The notes below the pieces were generated by a model, which was not told the origin of the DNA, did no database searches, and saw nothing but the letters and a program-made list of their open reading frames with translations. A stretch of 64,000 nucleotides of DNA. Source: Mobula hypostoma (taxonomy: Eukaryota). Below are positions 11,720 to 23,961 of the stretch, one piece after another. Location: positions 115,880,001 to 115,944,000 of the forward strand of contig NC_086107.1 in NCBI RefSeq assembly GCF_963921235.1, written 5' to 3'. The position numbers and the translations under genes were made by a program. Positions within the stretch are counted from its first letter, which is position 1; every line of letters begins with the position of its first letter.

Positions 11720-12202
11720 GGAGATGGGGAGGGGGAGGGGGAGATGGGGAGGGGGAGATGGGGAGGGGGAGATGGGGAGGGGGAGATGGGGAGGGGGAGG
11801 GGGATGGGGAGATGGGGATGGGGAGATGGGGATGGGGAGATGGGGATGGGGAGGGGGAGATGGGGAGGGGGATGGGGAGATGGGGATGGGGAGATGGGGA
11901 TGGGGAGATGGGGATGGGGATGGGGAGATGAAGATGGGGATGGGGAGGGGGAGATGGGGAGGGGGAGATGGGGAGGGGGAGATGGGGAGGGGGAGGGGGA
12001 TGGGGAGATGGGGATGGGGAGGGGGAGATGGGGAGGGGGATGGGGAGGGGGATGGGGAGGGGGATGGGGAGATGGGGATGGGGAGGGGGAGGGGGATGGG
12101 GAGGGGGATGGGGAGATGGGGATGGGGAGGGGGAGATGGGGATGGGGAGGGGGAGATGGGGAGGGGGAGATGGGGAGGGGGAGATGGGGAGGGGGAGGGG
12201 GG
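11720..12202. repeat. G-rich (GGGGAT/GGGGAG/GAGATG)n low-complexity repeat
   Basis: Directly visible; source of the GDGEG/MGRGR ORFs. Confidence 0.9.
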
Positions 12203-12226
12203 AGAAGGGTTTAGTCCAGAACGGAC

Positions 12227-12306
12227 CGGTCGGATGATGGTGGGTCATCCTCCCACTCTCCACACTGACACGAATCAGGTCCGGCAGCTGCGATGCCCTT
12301 GGGAAC
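12227..12306 (-). CDS. ADPRH: ARH1 coding exon 5 ([27 protein letters not shown])
   Basis: [12 protein letters not shown] is as in ARH1; CAG acceptor; weak donor GTCCGT gives the required phase 1. Confidence 0.88.
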
Positions 12307-12667
12307 CTGGTGGATGGGGAACAGACAGTAAGACCCAGATCCCTCCATACCTCACCCCCAACTCTGCTCTCTCCCCCCCCCACCCCTCTCCCACTGACAG
12401 CCCGACACACAGGGCTTGTCACTGCTACTCCTCACGGCCATCACCCCCCCACTGACATCAGCCCTGCCCCCCCATCAGTCGGATACACATGGCCCTCACC
12501 CCACACCCACCCTTCCTCCCCTCCTCCAATCTCTAACTCCACCCCCAGTCTCCCCCCCCGACCTGAGCCTGATTCACATGATCCTCTCCCTCCCCTGTTG
12601 TCCATCCGTCCTCACCCTCTCCCAACCCCCTCCGTCCCCCCGCCACCCCCGGCCCCGTCCTGCTGAC

Positions 12668-12773
12668 CGGAGACCGATACACATGCTCCTCATGGCTGCT
12701 CCACACCCCTGGGCCCGGGGGTTAAAGGGGATATGGTGACCTCCGACCTCTGCAGGACGCAGCTGTGATGTCC
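12668..12773 (-). CDS. ADPRH: ARH1 coding exon 4 ([35 protein letters not shown])
   Basis: GCGAAMR.MCIGL ARH motif; AG and GT boundaries with phases 1/2. Confidence 0.92.
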
Positions 12774-12915
12774 CTGCGGAGGGAAGAGAACCAACACTGA
12801 GGGGGTGTCAGGTCTAAAATGGGAGCGGGGAGAGACAGGGGTGAAGACACATTGAGTGTCTGAAGGGTAAAGAGATTGGGACAGTTGTTTGGGGAGGGGG
12901 AAAGAGAGAGAGTGA

Positions 12916-15355
12916 CAATAGACAATAGGTGCAGGAGTAGGCCATTCGGCCCTTCGAGCCAGCACCGCCATTCACTGTGATCATCGCTGATCATCCACAA
13001 TCAGGATCCAGTTCCTGCCTTATCCCCATAACCTTTGATTCCGCTATCTTTAAGAGCTCTATCCATCTCTTTCTTGAAAGCATCCAGAGACTTGGCCTCC
13101 ACAGCCTTCTGGGGCAGAGCATTCCACATATCCACCACTCTCTGGGTGAAAAAGTTTTTCCTCAACTCCATTCTAAATGGCCTACCCCTTATTCTTAAAC
13201 TGTGACCTCTGGTTCTGGACTCACCCATCAGCAGGAACATGAACCATAGAACCATAGAAACTACAGCACAGAAACAGGCCTTTTGGCCCTTCTTGGCTGT
13301 GCCGAACCATTTTCTGCCTAGTCCCACTGACCTGCACACGGACCATATCCCTCCATACACCTCCCATCCATGTATCTGTCCAGTTTATTCTTAAATGTTA
13401 AAAAAGAACCCGCATTTACCACCTCGTCTGGCAGCTCATTCCATACTCCCACCACTCTCTGTGTGAAGAAGCCCCCCCTAATGTTCCCTTTAAACTTTTC
13501 CCCCCTCACCCTTAACCCATGTCCTCTGGTTTTTTTCTCCCCTTGCCTCAGTGGAAAAAGCCTGCTTGCATTCACTCTATCTATACCCATCATAATTTTA
13601 TATACCTCTATCAAATCTCCCCTCATTCTTCCATGCTCCAGGGAATAAAGTCCTAACCTATTCAACCTTTCTCTGTAACTGGGTTTCTCAAGTCCCGACA
13701 ACATCCTTGTAAACCTTCTCTGCACTCTTTCAACCTTATTTATATCCTTTCTGTAATTTGGTGACCAAAACTGAACACAATACTCCAGATTCGGCCTCAC
13801 CAATGCCTCATCATAACATTCCAGCTCTTATACTCAATACTTCGATTAATAAAGGCCAATGTACCAAAAGCTCTCTTTATGACCCTATCTACCTGTGACG
13901 ACACTTTTAGGGAATTTTGTATCTGTATTCCCAGATCCCTCTGTTCCACTGCACTCCTCAGTGCCTTACCATTAACCCTGTATGTTCTACCTTGGTTTGT
14001 CCTTCCAACGTGCAATACCTCACACTTGTCTGTAGTAAACTCCATCTGCCATTTTTCAGCCCATTTTCCCAGCTGGTCCAAGTCCCTCTGCAGGCTCTGA
14101 AAACCTTCCTCACTGTCTACCACACCTCCAATCTTTGTATCATCAGCAAACTTGCTGATCCAATTTACCACATTATTATCCAGATCATTGATATAGATGA
14201 CAAATAACATTGGACCCAGCACTGATCCCTATGGCACACCACTAGTCACAGGCCTCCACTCAGAGAAGCAATTCTCTACCACCACTCTCTGGCTTCTTCC
14301 ATCGAGCCAATGTCCAATCCAATTTACCACCTCTCCATGTATACCTAGCGACTGAATTTTCCTAACTAACCTCCCATGCGGGACCTTGTCAAAGGCCTTA
14401 CTGAAGTCCATGTAGACAATATCCACTGCCTTCCCTTCATCCACTTTCCTGGTAACCTCCTCGAAAAACTCCAATAGATTGGTCAAACATGACCTACCAC
14501 GCACAAAGCCATGTTGACTCTCCCTAATAAGCCCCTGTCTATCCAAATGCTTGTAGATTCTGTGTCTTAGTACTCCCTCCAATAACTTACCTACTACTGA
14601 CGTTAAACTCACCGGCCTATAATTTCCCGGATTACTTTTCGATCCTTTTTTAAACAACGGAACAACATGAGCCACTCTCCAATCCTCCGGCACTTCACCC
14701 GTAGACACCGACATTTTAAATATTTCTGCCAGGGCCCCTGCAATTTCAACACTAGTCTCCTGCAAGGTCCGAGGGAACACTCTGTCAGATCCCAGGGATT
14801 TATCCACTTTAATTTTCCTCAAGACAGCAAGCACCTCCTCCTTTTTAATCTGTACAGTTTCCATGGTCTCACTACTTGATTCCCTCAATTCCATAGATTT
14901 CATGCCAGCTTCCTTAGTAAATACAGATGCAAAAAACCTATTTAAGATCTCCCCCATGCTTCCTGCCTCCAGCGTGTCCAATCCCTTAATAATCTTATAT
15001 GTTTCAATAAGATCCCCTCTCATCCTTCTAAATTCCAGAGTATACAAGCCCAGTCGCTCCAATCTTTCAACATATGACAGTCCCGCCATCCCGGGAATTA
15101 ACCTTGTGAACCTGCACTGCACTCCCTCAATAGCAAGAGTGTCCTTCCTCAAATTTGGAGACCAAAACTGCACACAGTACTCCAGGTATGGTCTCAACAG
15201 GGCCCTGTACAGCTGCAGAAGGACCTCTTTGCTCTTGTATTCAATTCCCCTTGTTATGAAGGCCAGCATGTCATTAGCTTTCTTCACTGCCTGCTGTACC
15301 TGCATGCTTGCTTTCAGTGACTGATGTACAAGAACACCTAGATCTCGTTGTACTT
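12916..15355 (-). mobile_element. Nested CR1 LINEs: element A (12916-13241 plus 14955-15355) interrupted by element B (13242-14954)
   Basis: Two distinct CR1 3' tails (at ~12916 and ~13243). A rejoins seamlessly across CATG at 13238-13241 and 14955-14958. B has RT motifs (NYRPVSL, DFSKAFDKVPH, FADD) with one stop and one frameshift. Confidence 0.88.
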
Positions 15356-15415
15356 GATTTCGGGGGTGGGGGGAGAGAGAGTGGGGAGGGGGAATAGCAT
15401 ATGAAAGGATCTCAC

Positions 15416-15514
15416 CAAGGATGCTGGTGGGTCCCGGCTTCCTGCCCTCCATGTCCTTCATCGCTTCCACATATCGCAACGCCAATTCCTGCATGAGATC
15501 ATCGCCCTCCTTCC
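15416..15514 (-). CDS. ADPRH: ARH1 coding exon 3 (GKEGDDLMQELALRYVEAMKDMEGRKPGPTSIL)
   Basis: Aligns to ARH1 LAKHYQDCMEDMDGRAPG; CAG acceptor, GTGAGA donor, phases 1/1. Confidence 0.9.
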
Positions 15515-15519
15515 CTGTG

Positions 15520-16320
15520 GGACACAGAACGAAGCTTCCTCAACTCCGTCCCATCACACACCCCCGGGGTCGGACACAGACAAAAGCTCCCTCCACACCA
15601 TCCCATCACACACTCCCGGGGTCAGGCACAGAGTGAATCTCCCTCCACACCGTCCCATCACACACTCCCGGGGTCAGACACAGAGTGAATCTCCCACCAC
15701 ACCGTCCCATCACACACTCCCGGGGTCAGACACAGAGTGAAGCTCCCTCCACACTGTCCCATCACACACTCCCGGGGTCAGACACAGAGTGAATCTCCCT
15801 CCACACCGTCCCATCACACACTCCCGGGGTCAGACACAGAGTGAATCTCCCTCCACACCGTCCCATCACACACCCCCGGGGTCAGACACAGAGTGAAGCT
15901 TCCTCAACTCCGTCACATCACACACCCCCTGAGTCAGACACAGAGTGAATCTCCCTCCACACCGTCCCATCACACACTCCCGGGGTCAGACACAGAGTGA
16001 AACTCTCTCCACACCGTCCCATCACACACTCCCGGGGTCAGACACAGGGTGAATCTCCCTCCAGACCGTCCCATCACACACTCCCGGGGTCAGACACAGA
16101 GTGAATCTCCCTCCACACCGTCCCATCACACCCTCCCGGGGTCAGACACAGAGTGAATCTCCCTCCACACCGTCCCATCACACACTCCCGGGGTCAGACA
16201 CAGAGTGAATCTCCCTCCACACCGTCCCATCACACCCTCCCGGGGTCAGACACAGAGTGAATCTCCCTCCACACCGTCCCATCACACACTCCCGGGGTCA
16301 GACACAGAGTGAAACTCCCT
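15520..16320. repeat. 52-bp minisatellite array 1 (GTCAGACACAGAGTGAATCTCCCTCCACACCGTCCCATCACACACTCCCGGG), ~15 units
   Basis: Directly visible. Confidence 0.95.
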
Positions 16321-16329
16321 CCTCATTTT

Positions 16330-17410
16330 GGAATGAGGGTACATCGGGACTGCGTCAGGAATCCCCATGTCGGAGCAGTTGTACTCTGTTTGCGTGGAGC
16401 CACTCCTGTGGCTTCTCCGTAAGAGGCTGACGGGTTTGTTTCTACGAAGACCAGACATGCAGGTCGTCCTTTGCAGCTTCAGAGCTGTGTCAGACGTGAC
16501 CATAAGCAGCACCGGGGCCCCACAGCGGATTGTATTGGCTCCCTTCCTGTTTACCCTGATAAAACACTGAGTCATGTCATCCGCAGAAATTCTGTGATGA
16601 CTCAGCAGTAGTTGGGTATATAAAGGGAGGACGGGAGGGTGATTACAGGGCCCTGGTGGAGAACTTTGTCAAACAGTGCAAGCTGAATCATCTGCAGCTC
16701 AGCATCAGTCAGACAGAGGAGATGGTGATGGAGTTTAGGAAAACTAAGCCTGCTCAGCTCCGTTACTATTGATGGCGAGGACGTGGATGTGGTGAGGGAC
16801 CTACAAGTACACCTGGGGGTGCACCTGGAAGACAGATTTGAGTGGAGCACCAATGCAGAGGCTGTGTACAAGAAGGGCCAGAGTCGCCTCTACTTCCTGA
16901 GGAGACTGGGGTCCTTTGGAGAATGCAGGCCTCTCCTTCACATGTTCTACCAGTCTGTTGTCGCCAGTACAATCTCCTATGCAGAGGTGTGCTGGGGCAA
17001 GGGCATCGACATGGGTGATGCCAACAGGCTCAATAATCTGATTAGAAACTTTGGCTCTGTTATAGGAGTCAAATTGGCTGTGGTAGAACAAAAGACCCTA
17101 TGGAAAATCCTGTCAATTCCGGACAACATTTCTCACCCTCTGCACGACACCTTGGAGCACTTTTAATAATAGACTAAGACAACTGTACTGCTCCACAGAG
17201 TGCCATAATGAGGTCATTCCTACCCTCGGCCATTAGGCTCTATAGTGAGTCAACCTAAAGCCAGGAAAATGATGGCTCCCTCCTGTTAGACTGTTTGAGG
17301 TAACTTATTTTTCATGCTTTCTACCTCTCTTCTAATATTTGTATATCTGTGCACCTGTAATGCTACTGTGACACTGTAGTTTCCGTTGGGATCAAAGTAT
17401 CTATCTATCA
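16330..17410 (+). mobile_element. Degraded Rex1/Babar-type LINE (RT through 3' end)
   Basis: STGAPQ..VLAPFLFTL and YKKGQSRLYFLRRLGSF motifs; (ATCT)n tail near 17400. Confidence 0.8.
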
Positions 17411-17411
17411 A

Positions 17412-17845
17412 TGACATCCTCCTCACAGACACTGTTGACTTGCAGAGGACGCTCGGCCGCGCCCTCTGCAAGAGCCAACTGGGGAAAGTGCTCTGCTCTT
17501 TTGGTGGGTTGGCAGTGGGAGGTCTCCCTGCCAGAGGGGTTAAAACCGTTTGTATGTAACACCACGCATCCCCTCTATCTGGGCTCCACTGATGGGGCCT
17601 GTCTGGTGAACTGGTGGGACTTAGAGATGAACGTCTCTGCCTGGCTGAGATGCTGGTCAGACCTCCTTTGTACGATTTCATGCCGGGGAAGGCCGATGGT
17701 CATAAATCAGCTGGTAGCTTCAATGTCCAAGCACTGCTGGTCACTCTGTTCCCACCCATTGCTTTTGTCAAGACCCAGAAATGGTTGGTAGACTTCTTCT
17801 GGAGTAACAGAAGAGACTGGGTCCCTGCTGTGGTGCTGAGGCCAC
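17412..17845 (+). mobile_element. Degraded L1/Tx1-like LINE fragment
   Basis: Frameshifted motifs VINQLVASM and LVDFFWS..WV resemble the post-RT region of Tx1. Confidence 0.5.
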
Positions 17846-17917
17846 TCAGCTACTGGTGAGTGTTATAAACACAAGGGATTCTGCAGATGCTGGAAATCCA
17901 GAGCAACACACGCAAAA

Positions 17918-19255
17918 TGGTGGTGTTCTGCAGGGGTCGGTGTTGGGACCACCTCATTCTAAGCTGTATATCAATGATTTAGATGATGGAATAGATGGCT
18001 TTGTTGCCAAGAGTGCAGATGATATGAAGATTGGTGGAAGGACAGGTGGTGCTGAGGAACCAGGCAGGGTGCAGAAGAACTTAGATAGACATCCTTTATT
18101 GATCCCGAGGGAAATTAGGTTTCATTACAGCTGCACCAATCAAGAGCAGAGTACAAACATAGCAATACAAAACCACAAACAATCGAACAATAATATGCAA
18201 ACCATGCCAGACGGAAATAAGTCCAGGACCAGCCCATCGGCTCAGGGTGTCTGACCCTCCAAGGGAAGAGTTGTAAAGTTTGATGGCCACAGGCAGGAAT
18301 GACTTCCCATGACGCTCAGTGCTGCATCTCGGTGGAATGAGTCTCTGGCTGAATGTACTCCTGTGCCTAACAGTGTAAATGATGTTACACGCCAACGTCG
18401 GGTTGGTGGGTGGGGGGAGGGGTTAGGGTTGTGGGCAAGAGACTGTCAAATGAAATACAATGTTGGAAAATGCGTGGTTATGCATTTTGTAATAGAAATA
18501 AATGTGCAGACTATTTTCTAAATGAGGAGAAAATCCAAACATCTCAGATGCAGAGGGACTTGGGAGTCCTTGTGCAGAACACCCTGAAAGTTAACTTGCA
18601 GGCTGAGTCAGTGGTGAGGACGGCAAATGTAACTTCTGCATTCATTTCAAGAGGTCGAGAATACAAGAGCAGGAATTTGATGCTGAGACTTTATAAGGCA
18701 CTGACGAGACCTCACCCTGAGTATTGTGTACAGTTTTGGGCTCCTCATCTTAGAAGAGATGTGCTGGTATTGGAGAGGGTCCTGAGGAGGTTCACAAGGA
18801 TGATTCCAGGAATGAAAGGGTTATCATACAAGGAACGTTTGATGGCTCTGGGTCTGTACTCACTAGAATTTAGAAGGATGAGGGGGGATCTAATTGAGAC
18901 CTTTTGAATGTTGAAAGGCCCAGACAGAGTAGATGTGGAAAGGATACTTCCCATGGTGGGGGGATCTAGGATAAGAGGACACAGCCTCCGGATAGAGGAG
19001 CATCCATTTAAAACAGAGAAATTTCTTTAGCCAGAGGGTGGTGAATGTGTGGAATTTCTTACCACAGGCAACTGTGAAGGCCAGGTCATGGGGTGTATTT
19101 AAGCAGAGCTTGATAGGTTCTTGATTGGACATGGCATTATAGGGAGAAGGCCAGGGAGTGGGGCTGAGGAGGGGAAGAAAGGATCAGCCATGATTGAATG
19201 GCAGAGCAGACACAAATGGCCAAATTCTGCTCCTATGTCTTATGGTCTATGGTCT
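17918..19255 (+). mobile_element. CR1 LINE fragment interrupted by an inverted Rex1/Babar 3' end (~18089-18375)
   Basis: GVLQGSVLGP..YINDLDDG..ADD, then QRDLGVLV and RRMRGDLIETF; the minus-strand insert has CSTERHGKSFLPVAIKLYN. Confidence 0.8.
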
Positions 19256-19389
19256 AAAATACTGAAGTAACTCAGCATCTCTGGATAAATAAACAGCCCA
19301 GGTTTCAGGACAAGACCCTTCTGAGGAAGAGTCTCAGCCAGAAACATCAACTGTTTATTCCCCTCCGTTGGTGCTATCTTGCCTGGACA

Positions 19390-22300
19390 AACATGTGCTA
19401 TCTGACCCTGACCCGGGTGGACGTGTTCTATCTGACCCTGACCCGGGTGGACGCGTTCTATCTGACCCTGACCTGGGTGGACGTGTGGTATCTGACCCTG
19501 ACCCCGATGGACGTGTTCTATCTGACCCTGACCCGGGTGGACGTGTTCTATCTGACCCTGACCCGGGTGGATGTGTGCTATCTGACCCTGACCCGGGTGG
19601 ACGTGTTCTATCTGACCCTGACCCCGATGGACGTGTGGTATCTGACCCTGACCCGGGTGGACGTGTTCTATCTGACCCTGACCCGGGTGGATGTGTGCTA
19701 TCTGACCCTGACCCGGGTGGACGTGTTCTATCTGACCCTGACCCCGATGGACGTGTTCTATCTGACCCTGACCCGGGTGGATGTGTTCTATCTGACCCTG
19801 ACCCGGGTGGACGTGTTCTATCTGACCCTGACCCGGGTGGATGTGTGCTATCTGACCCTGACCCGGGTGGACGTGTTCTATCTGACCCTGAACCCGATGG
19901 ACGTGTGGTATCTGACCCTGACCCCGGGTGGACGTGTGGTATCTGACCCTGACCCGGGTGGATGTGTGGTATCTGACCCTGACCCGGGTGGACGTGTTCT
20001 ATCTGACCCTGACCCGGGTGGACGCGTTCTATCTGACCCTGACCCGGGTGGACGTGTGGTATCTGACCCTGACCCCGATGGACGTGTTCTATCTGACCCT
20101 GACCCGGGTGGACGTGTTCTATCTGACCCTGACCCGGGTGGACGCGTTCTATCTGACCCTGACCCGGGTGGACGCGTTCTATCTGACCCTGACCCGGGTG
20201 GACGCGTTCTATCTGACCCTGACCCGGGTGGACGCGTTCTATCTGACCCTGACCCGGGTGGACGCGTTCTATCTGACCCTGACCCCGATGGACGCGTTCT
20301 ATCTGACCCTGACCCGGGTGGACGTGTGCTATCTGACCCTGACCCGGGTGGACGCGTTCTATCTGACCCTGACCCGGGTGGACGCGTTCTATCTGACCCT
20401 GACCCGGGTGGACGCGTGCTATCTGACCCTGACCCGGGTGGACGCGTGCTATCTGACCCTGACCCGGGTGGACGCGTTCTATCTGACCCTGACCCGGGTG
20501 GACGCGTTCTATCTGACCCTGACCCGGGTGGACGCGTTCTATCTGACCCTGACCCCGATGGACGCGTTCTATCTGACCCTGACCCGGGTGGACGTGTTCT
20601 ATCTGACCCTGACCCGGGTGGACGTGTGGTATCTGACCCTGACCCGGGTGGACGTGTTCTATCTGACCCTGACCCGGGTGGACGTGTGGTATCTGACCCT
20701 GACCCGGGTGGACGTGTTCTATCTGACCCTGACCCGGGTGGATGTGTGGTATCTGACCCTGACCCGGGTGGACGTGTTCTATCTGACCCTGACCCGGGTG
20801 GATGTGTGCTATCTGACCCTGACCCGGGTGGACGTGTGGTATCTGACCCTGACCCCGCTGGACGTGTTCTATCTGACCCTGACCCGGGTGGACGTGTTCT
20901 ATCTGACCCTGACCCGGGTGGACGTGTTCTATCTGACCCTGACCCGGGTGGATGTGTGGTATCTGACCCTGACCCGGGTGGACGTGTTCTATCTGACCCT
21001 GACCCGGGTGGATGTGTGCTATCTGACCCTGACCCGGGTGGACGTGTTCTATCTGACCCTGACCCCGATGGACGTGTGGTATCTGACCCTGACCCGGGTG
21101 GACGTGTTCTATCTGACCCTGACCCGGGTGGATGTGTGCTATCTGACCCTGACCCGGGTGGACGTGTTCTATCTGACCCTGACCCCGATGGACGTGTTCT
21201 ATCTGACCCTGACCCGGGTGGATGTGTTCTATCTGACCCTGACCCGGGTGGACGTGTTCTATCTGACCCTGACCCGGGTGGATGTGTGCTATCTGACCCT
21301 GACCCGGGTGGACGTGTTCTATCTGACCCTGACCCCGATGGACGTGTGGTATCTGACCCTGACCCCGATGGACGTGTGCTATCTGACCCTGACCCGGGTG
21401 GATGTGTTCTATCTGACCCTGACCCGGGTGGATGTGTTCTATCTGACCCTGACCCCGATGGACGTGTGGTATCTGACCCTGACCCGGGTGGACGTGTTCT
21501 ATCTGACCCTGACCCGGGTGGACGTGTTCTATCTGACCCTGACCCCGATGGACGCGTGCTATCTGACCCTGACCCGGGTGGACGCGTTCTATCTGACCCT
21601 GACCCGGGTGGACGCGTTCTATCTGACCCTGACCCGGGTGGACGCGTTCTATCTGACCCTGACCCGGGTGGACGCGTTCTATCTGACCCTGACCCGGGTG
21701 GACGCGTTCTATCTGACCCTGACCCGGGTGGACGCGTTCTATCTGACCCTGACCCGGGTGGACGCGTTCTATCTGACCCTGACCCGGGTGGACGCGTTCT
21801 ATCTGACCCTGACCCGGGTGGACGTGTTCTATCTGACCCTGACCCCGATGGACGCGTTCTATCTGACCCTGACCCGGGTGGATGTGTTCTATCTGACCCT
21901 GACCCGGGTGGATGTGTTCTATCTGACCCTGACCCGGGTGGACGCGTTCTATCTGACCCTGACCCGGGTGGACGCGTTCTATCTGACCCTGACCCCGATG
22001 GACGTGTGGTATCTGACCCTGACCCCGATGGACGTGTTCTATCTGACCCTGACCCGGGTGGACGTGTTCTATCTGACCCTGACCCGGGTGGACGTGTGCT
22101 ATCTGACCCTGACCCCGATGGACGTGTGGTATCTGACCCTGACCCCGATGGACGTGTTGTATCTGACCCTGACCCGGGTGGACGCGTTCTATCTGACCCT
22201 GACCCGGGTGGACGCGTGCTATCTGACCCTGACCCGGGTGGACGCGTGCTATCTGACCCTGACCCGGGTGGACGCGTTCTATCTGACCCTGACCCGGGTG

Positions 22301-22833
22301 GACGCGTTCTATCTGACCCTGACCCGGGTGGACGCGTTCTATCTGACCTTGACCCGGGTGGACGCGTTCTATCTGACCCTGACCCGGGTGGACGCGTTCT
22401 ATCTGACCCTGACCCGGGTGGACGCGTTCTATCTGACCCTGACCCGGGTGGACGCGTTCTATCTGACCCTGACCCGGGTGGACGTGTGGTATCTGACCCT
22501 GACCCGGGTGGACGTGTTCTATCTGACCCTGACCCGGGTGGACGCGTTCTATCTGACCCTGACCCGGGTGGACGCGTTCCATCTGACCCTGACCCGGGTG
22601 GACGCGTTCCATCTGACCCTGACCCGGGTGGACGCGTTCTATCTGACCCTGACCCGGGTGGACGCGTTCTATCTGACCTTGACCCGGGTGGACGCGTTCT
22701 ATCTGACCCTGACCCGGGTGGACGTGTTCTATCTGACCCTGACCCGGGTGGACGTGTTCTATCTGACCTTGACCCGGGTGGACGTGTTCTATCTGACCCT
22801 GACCCGGGTGGACGTGTTCTATCTGACCCTGAC
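19390..22833. repeat. 30-bp minisatellite (TATCTGACCCTGACCCGGGTGGACGYGTKC), ~115 units, in ADPRH intron 2
   Basis: Directly visible; the length is a multiple of 3, giving ~1000-aa repeat ORFs in several frames. Confidence 0.97.
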
Positions 22834-22904
22834 CATTCCAGTGGCATGGAATGCAAGGTAACTGGGGACACTTCATTGCTGCTACCTTCCTCCACCCTCA
22901 CTGC

Positions 22905-23585
22905 CATTGTACTCCCTGGAATTTAGAAGAATGAGGGGGGATCTCAGTGAAACCTACCAAACGCTGAAAGGTCTAGATAGTGTGGACATGGACAGGATGT
23001 TTCCTACAATGGGGGAGTCTGGGACCAGAGGGCACAGCCTCAGAATAGAGGGATGTCCCTTTACAATGGAGATGAGGAGGAATTTATATAGCCAGAGGTA
23101 ATTGCCCCAGATGGCTGTGAGGCCAAGTCACTGGGAATAGTTAAAGCTGAGTTTGATTGGTTCTTGATTAGTCAGGGCATCAAAGGTTATGGGGAGAAGG
23201 CAGGAGACTGGGGTTGAGAGGGAGAATAAATCAGCCATGATGGACTGGCAAGGCAGACTTAATAGAAACATAGAAAATAGGTGCAGGAGTAGGCCATTCG
23301 GCCCTTCGAGCCTGCACTGCCATTCAGTACGATCATAGCTGATCATCCAACTCAGAACCCTGTACCTGCCTTCCCTCCATAACCCCTGATCCCTTTAGCC
23401 ACAAGGGCCATATCTAACTCCCTCTTAAATATAGCCAATGAACTGGCCTCAACTGTTTCCTGTGGCAGAGAATTCCACAGATTCACCACTCTCTGTGTGA
23501 AGAAGTTTTTCCTCATCTTGGTCCTAAAAGGCTTCCCCTTTATCCTTAAACTGTGACTGAATGGCCTAATTCTGCTCTTATGTTA
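22905..23585. mobile_element. CR1 3' fragment (+) with an inverted young CR1 3' end inserted (~23261-23557, minus)
   Basis: YSLEFRRMRGDL on +; the insert is near-identical to 7260-7556. Confidence 0.8.
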
Positions 23586-23663
23586 AGACGTAAGAGGTAG
23601 TAACAGGACCTCCTGATCTCAGAGAGGTCAATATACATGTAATGGCAGAGAGTTTAGTTAACT

Positions 23664-23954
23664 CATGCAACACACATCAAAGTTGCTGGTGAACGCAGCA
23701 GGCCAGGCAGCATCTCTAGGAAGAGGTACAGTCGACGTTTCAGGCCGAGACCCTTCGTCAGGACTAACTGAAGGAAGAGTTAGTAAGAGATTTGAAAGTG
23801 GGAGGGGGAGGAGGAGATCCGAAATGATAGGAGAAGACAGGAGGGGGAGGGATGGACAAGGGAGTCGCGTAGGGAGCGATCCCTGCGGAAAGCAGAGGGG
23901 GGGAGGGAAAGATGTGCTTAGTGGTGGGATCCCGTTGGAGATGGCGGAAGTTAC
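23664..23954 (-). mobile_element. Short, internally deleted Penelope-like element with 7-bp target-site duplication GTTAACT
   Basis: PLE ORF remnant (RHLQRDPTTKHIFPSPP...FRRDRSLRDSLVH) plus pLTR end; GTTAACT at 23657-23663 and 23955-23961. Confidence 0.8.
23729..23766 (-). ncRNA. Minimal type I hammerhead ribozyme (PLE-associated)
   Basis: Minus strand TAGTC-CTGACGA-AGG(GTCTCGG)CCT-GAAAC-GTC-GACTG: stem I, conserved core CUGANGA/GAAA, stem II, palindromic ACGU stem III and GUC cleavage triplet. Confidence 0.75.
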
Positions 23955-23961
23955 GTTAACT

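Noticed and set aside
15520..16320. V(D)J recombination signal heptamers (CACAGAG) in the 52-bp unit
   Set aside because: No nonamer at 12/23 spacing and no Ig/TCR segments.
19355..22926. ~1000-1170-aa ORFs (HPGQGQIERV, SDPDPGGRVL, GSGSDRTRPP, YLTLTRVDVF repeats) as real repeat proteins
   Set aside because: They are open in several frames on both strands only because a 30-bp unit lacks stops; intronic, with no unique domains or promoter evidence.
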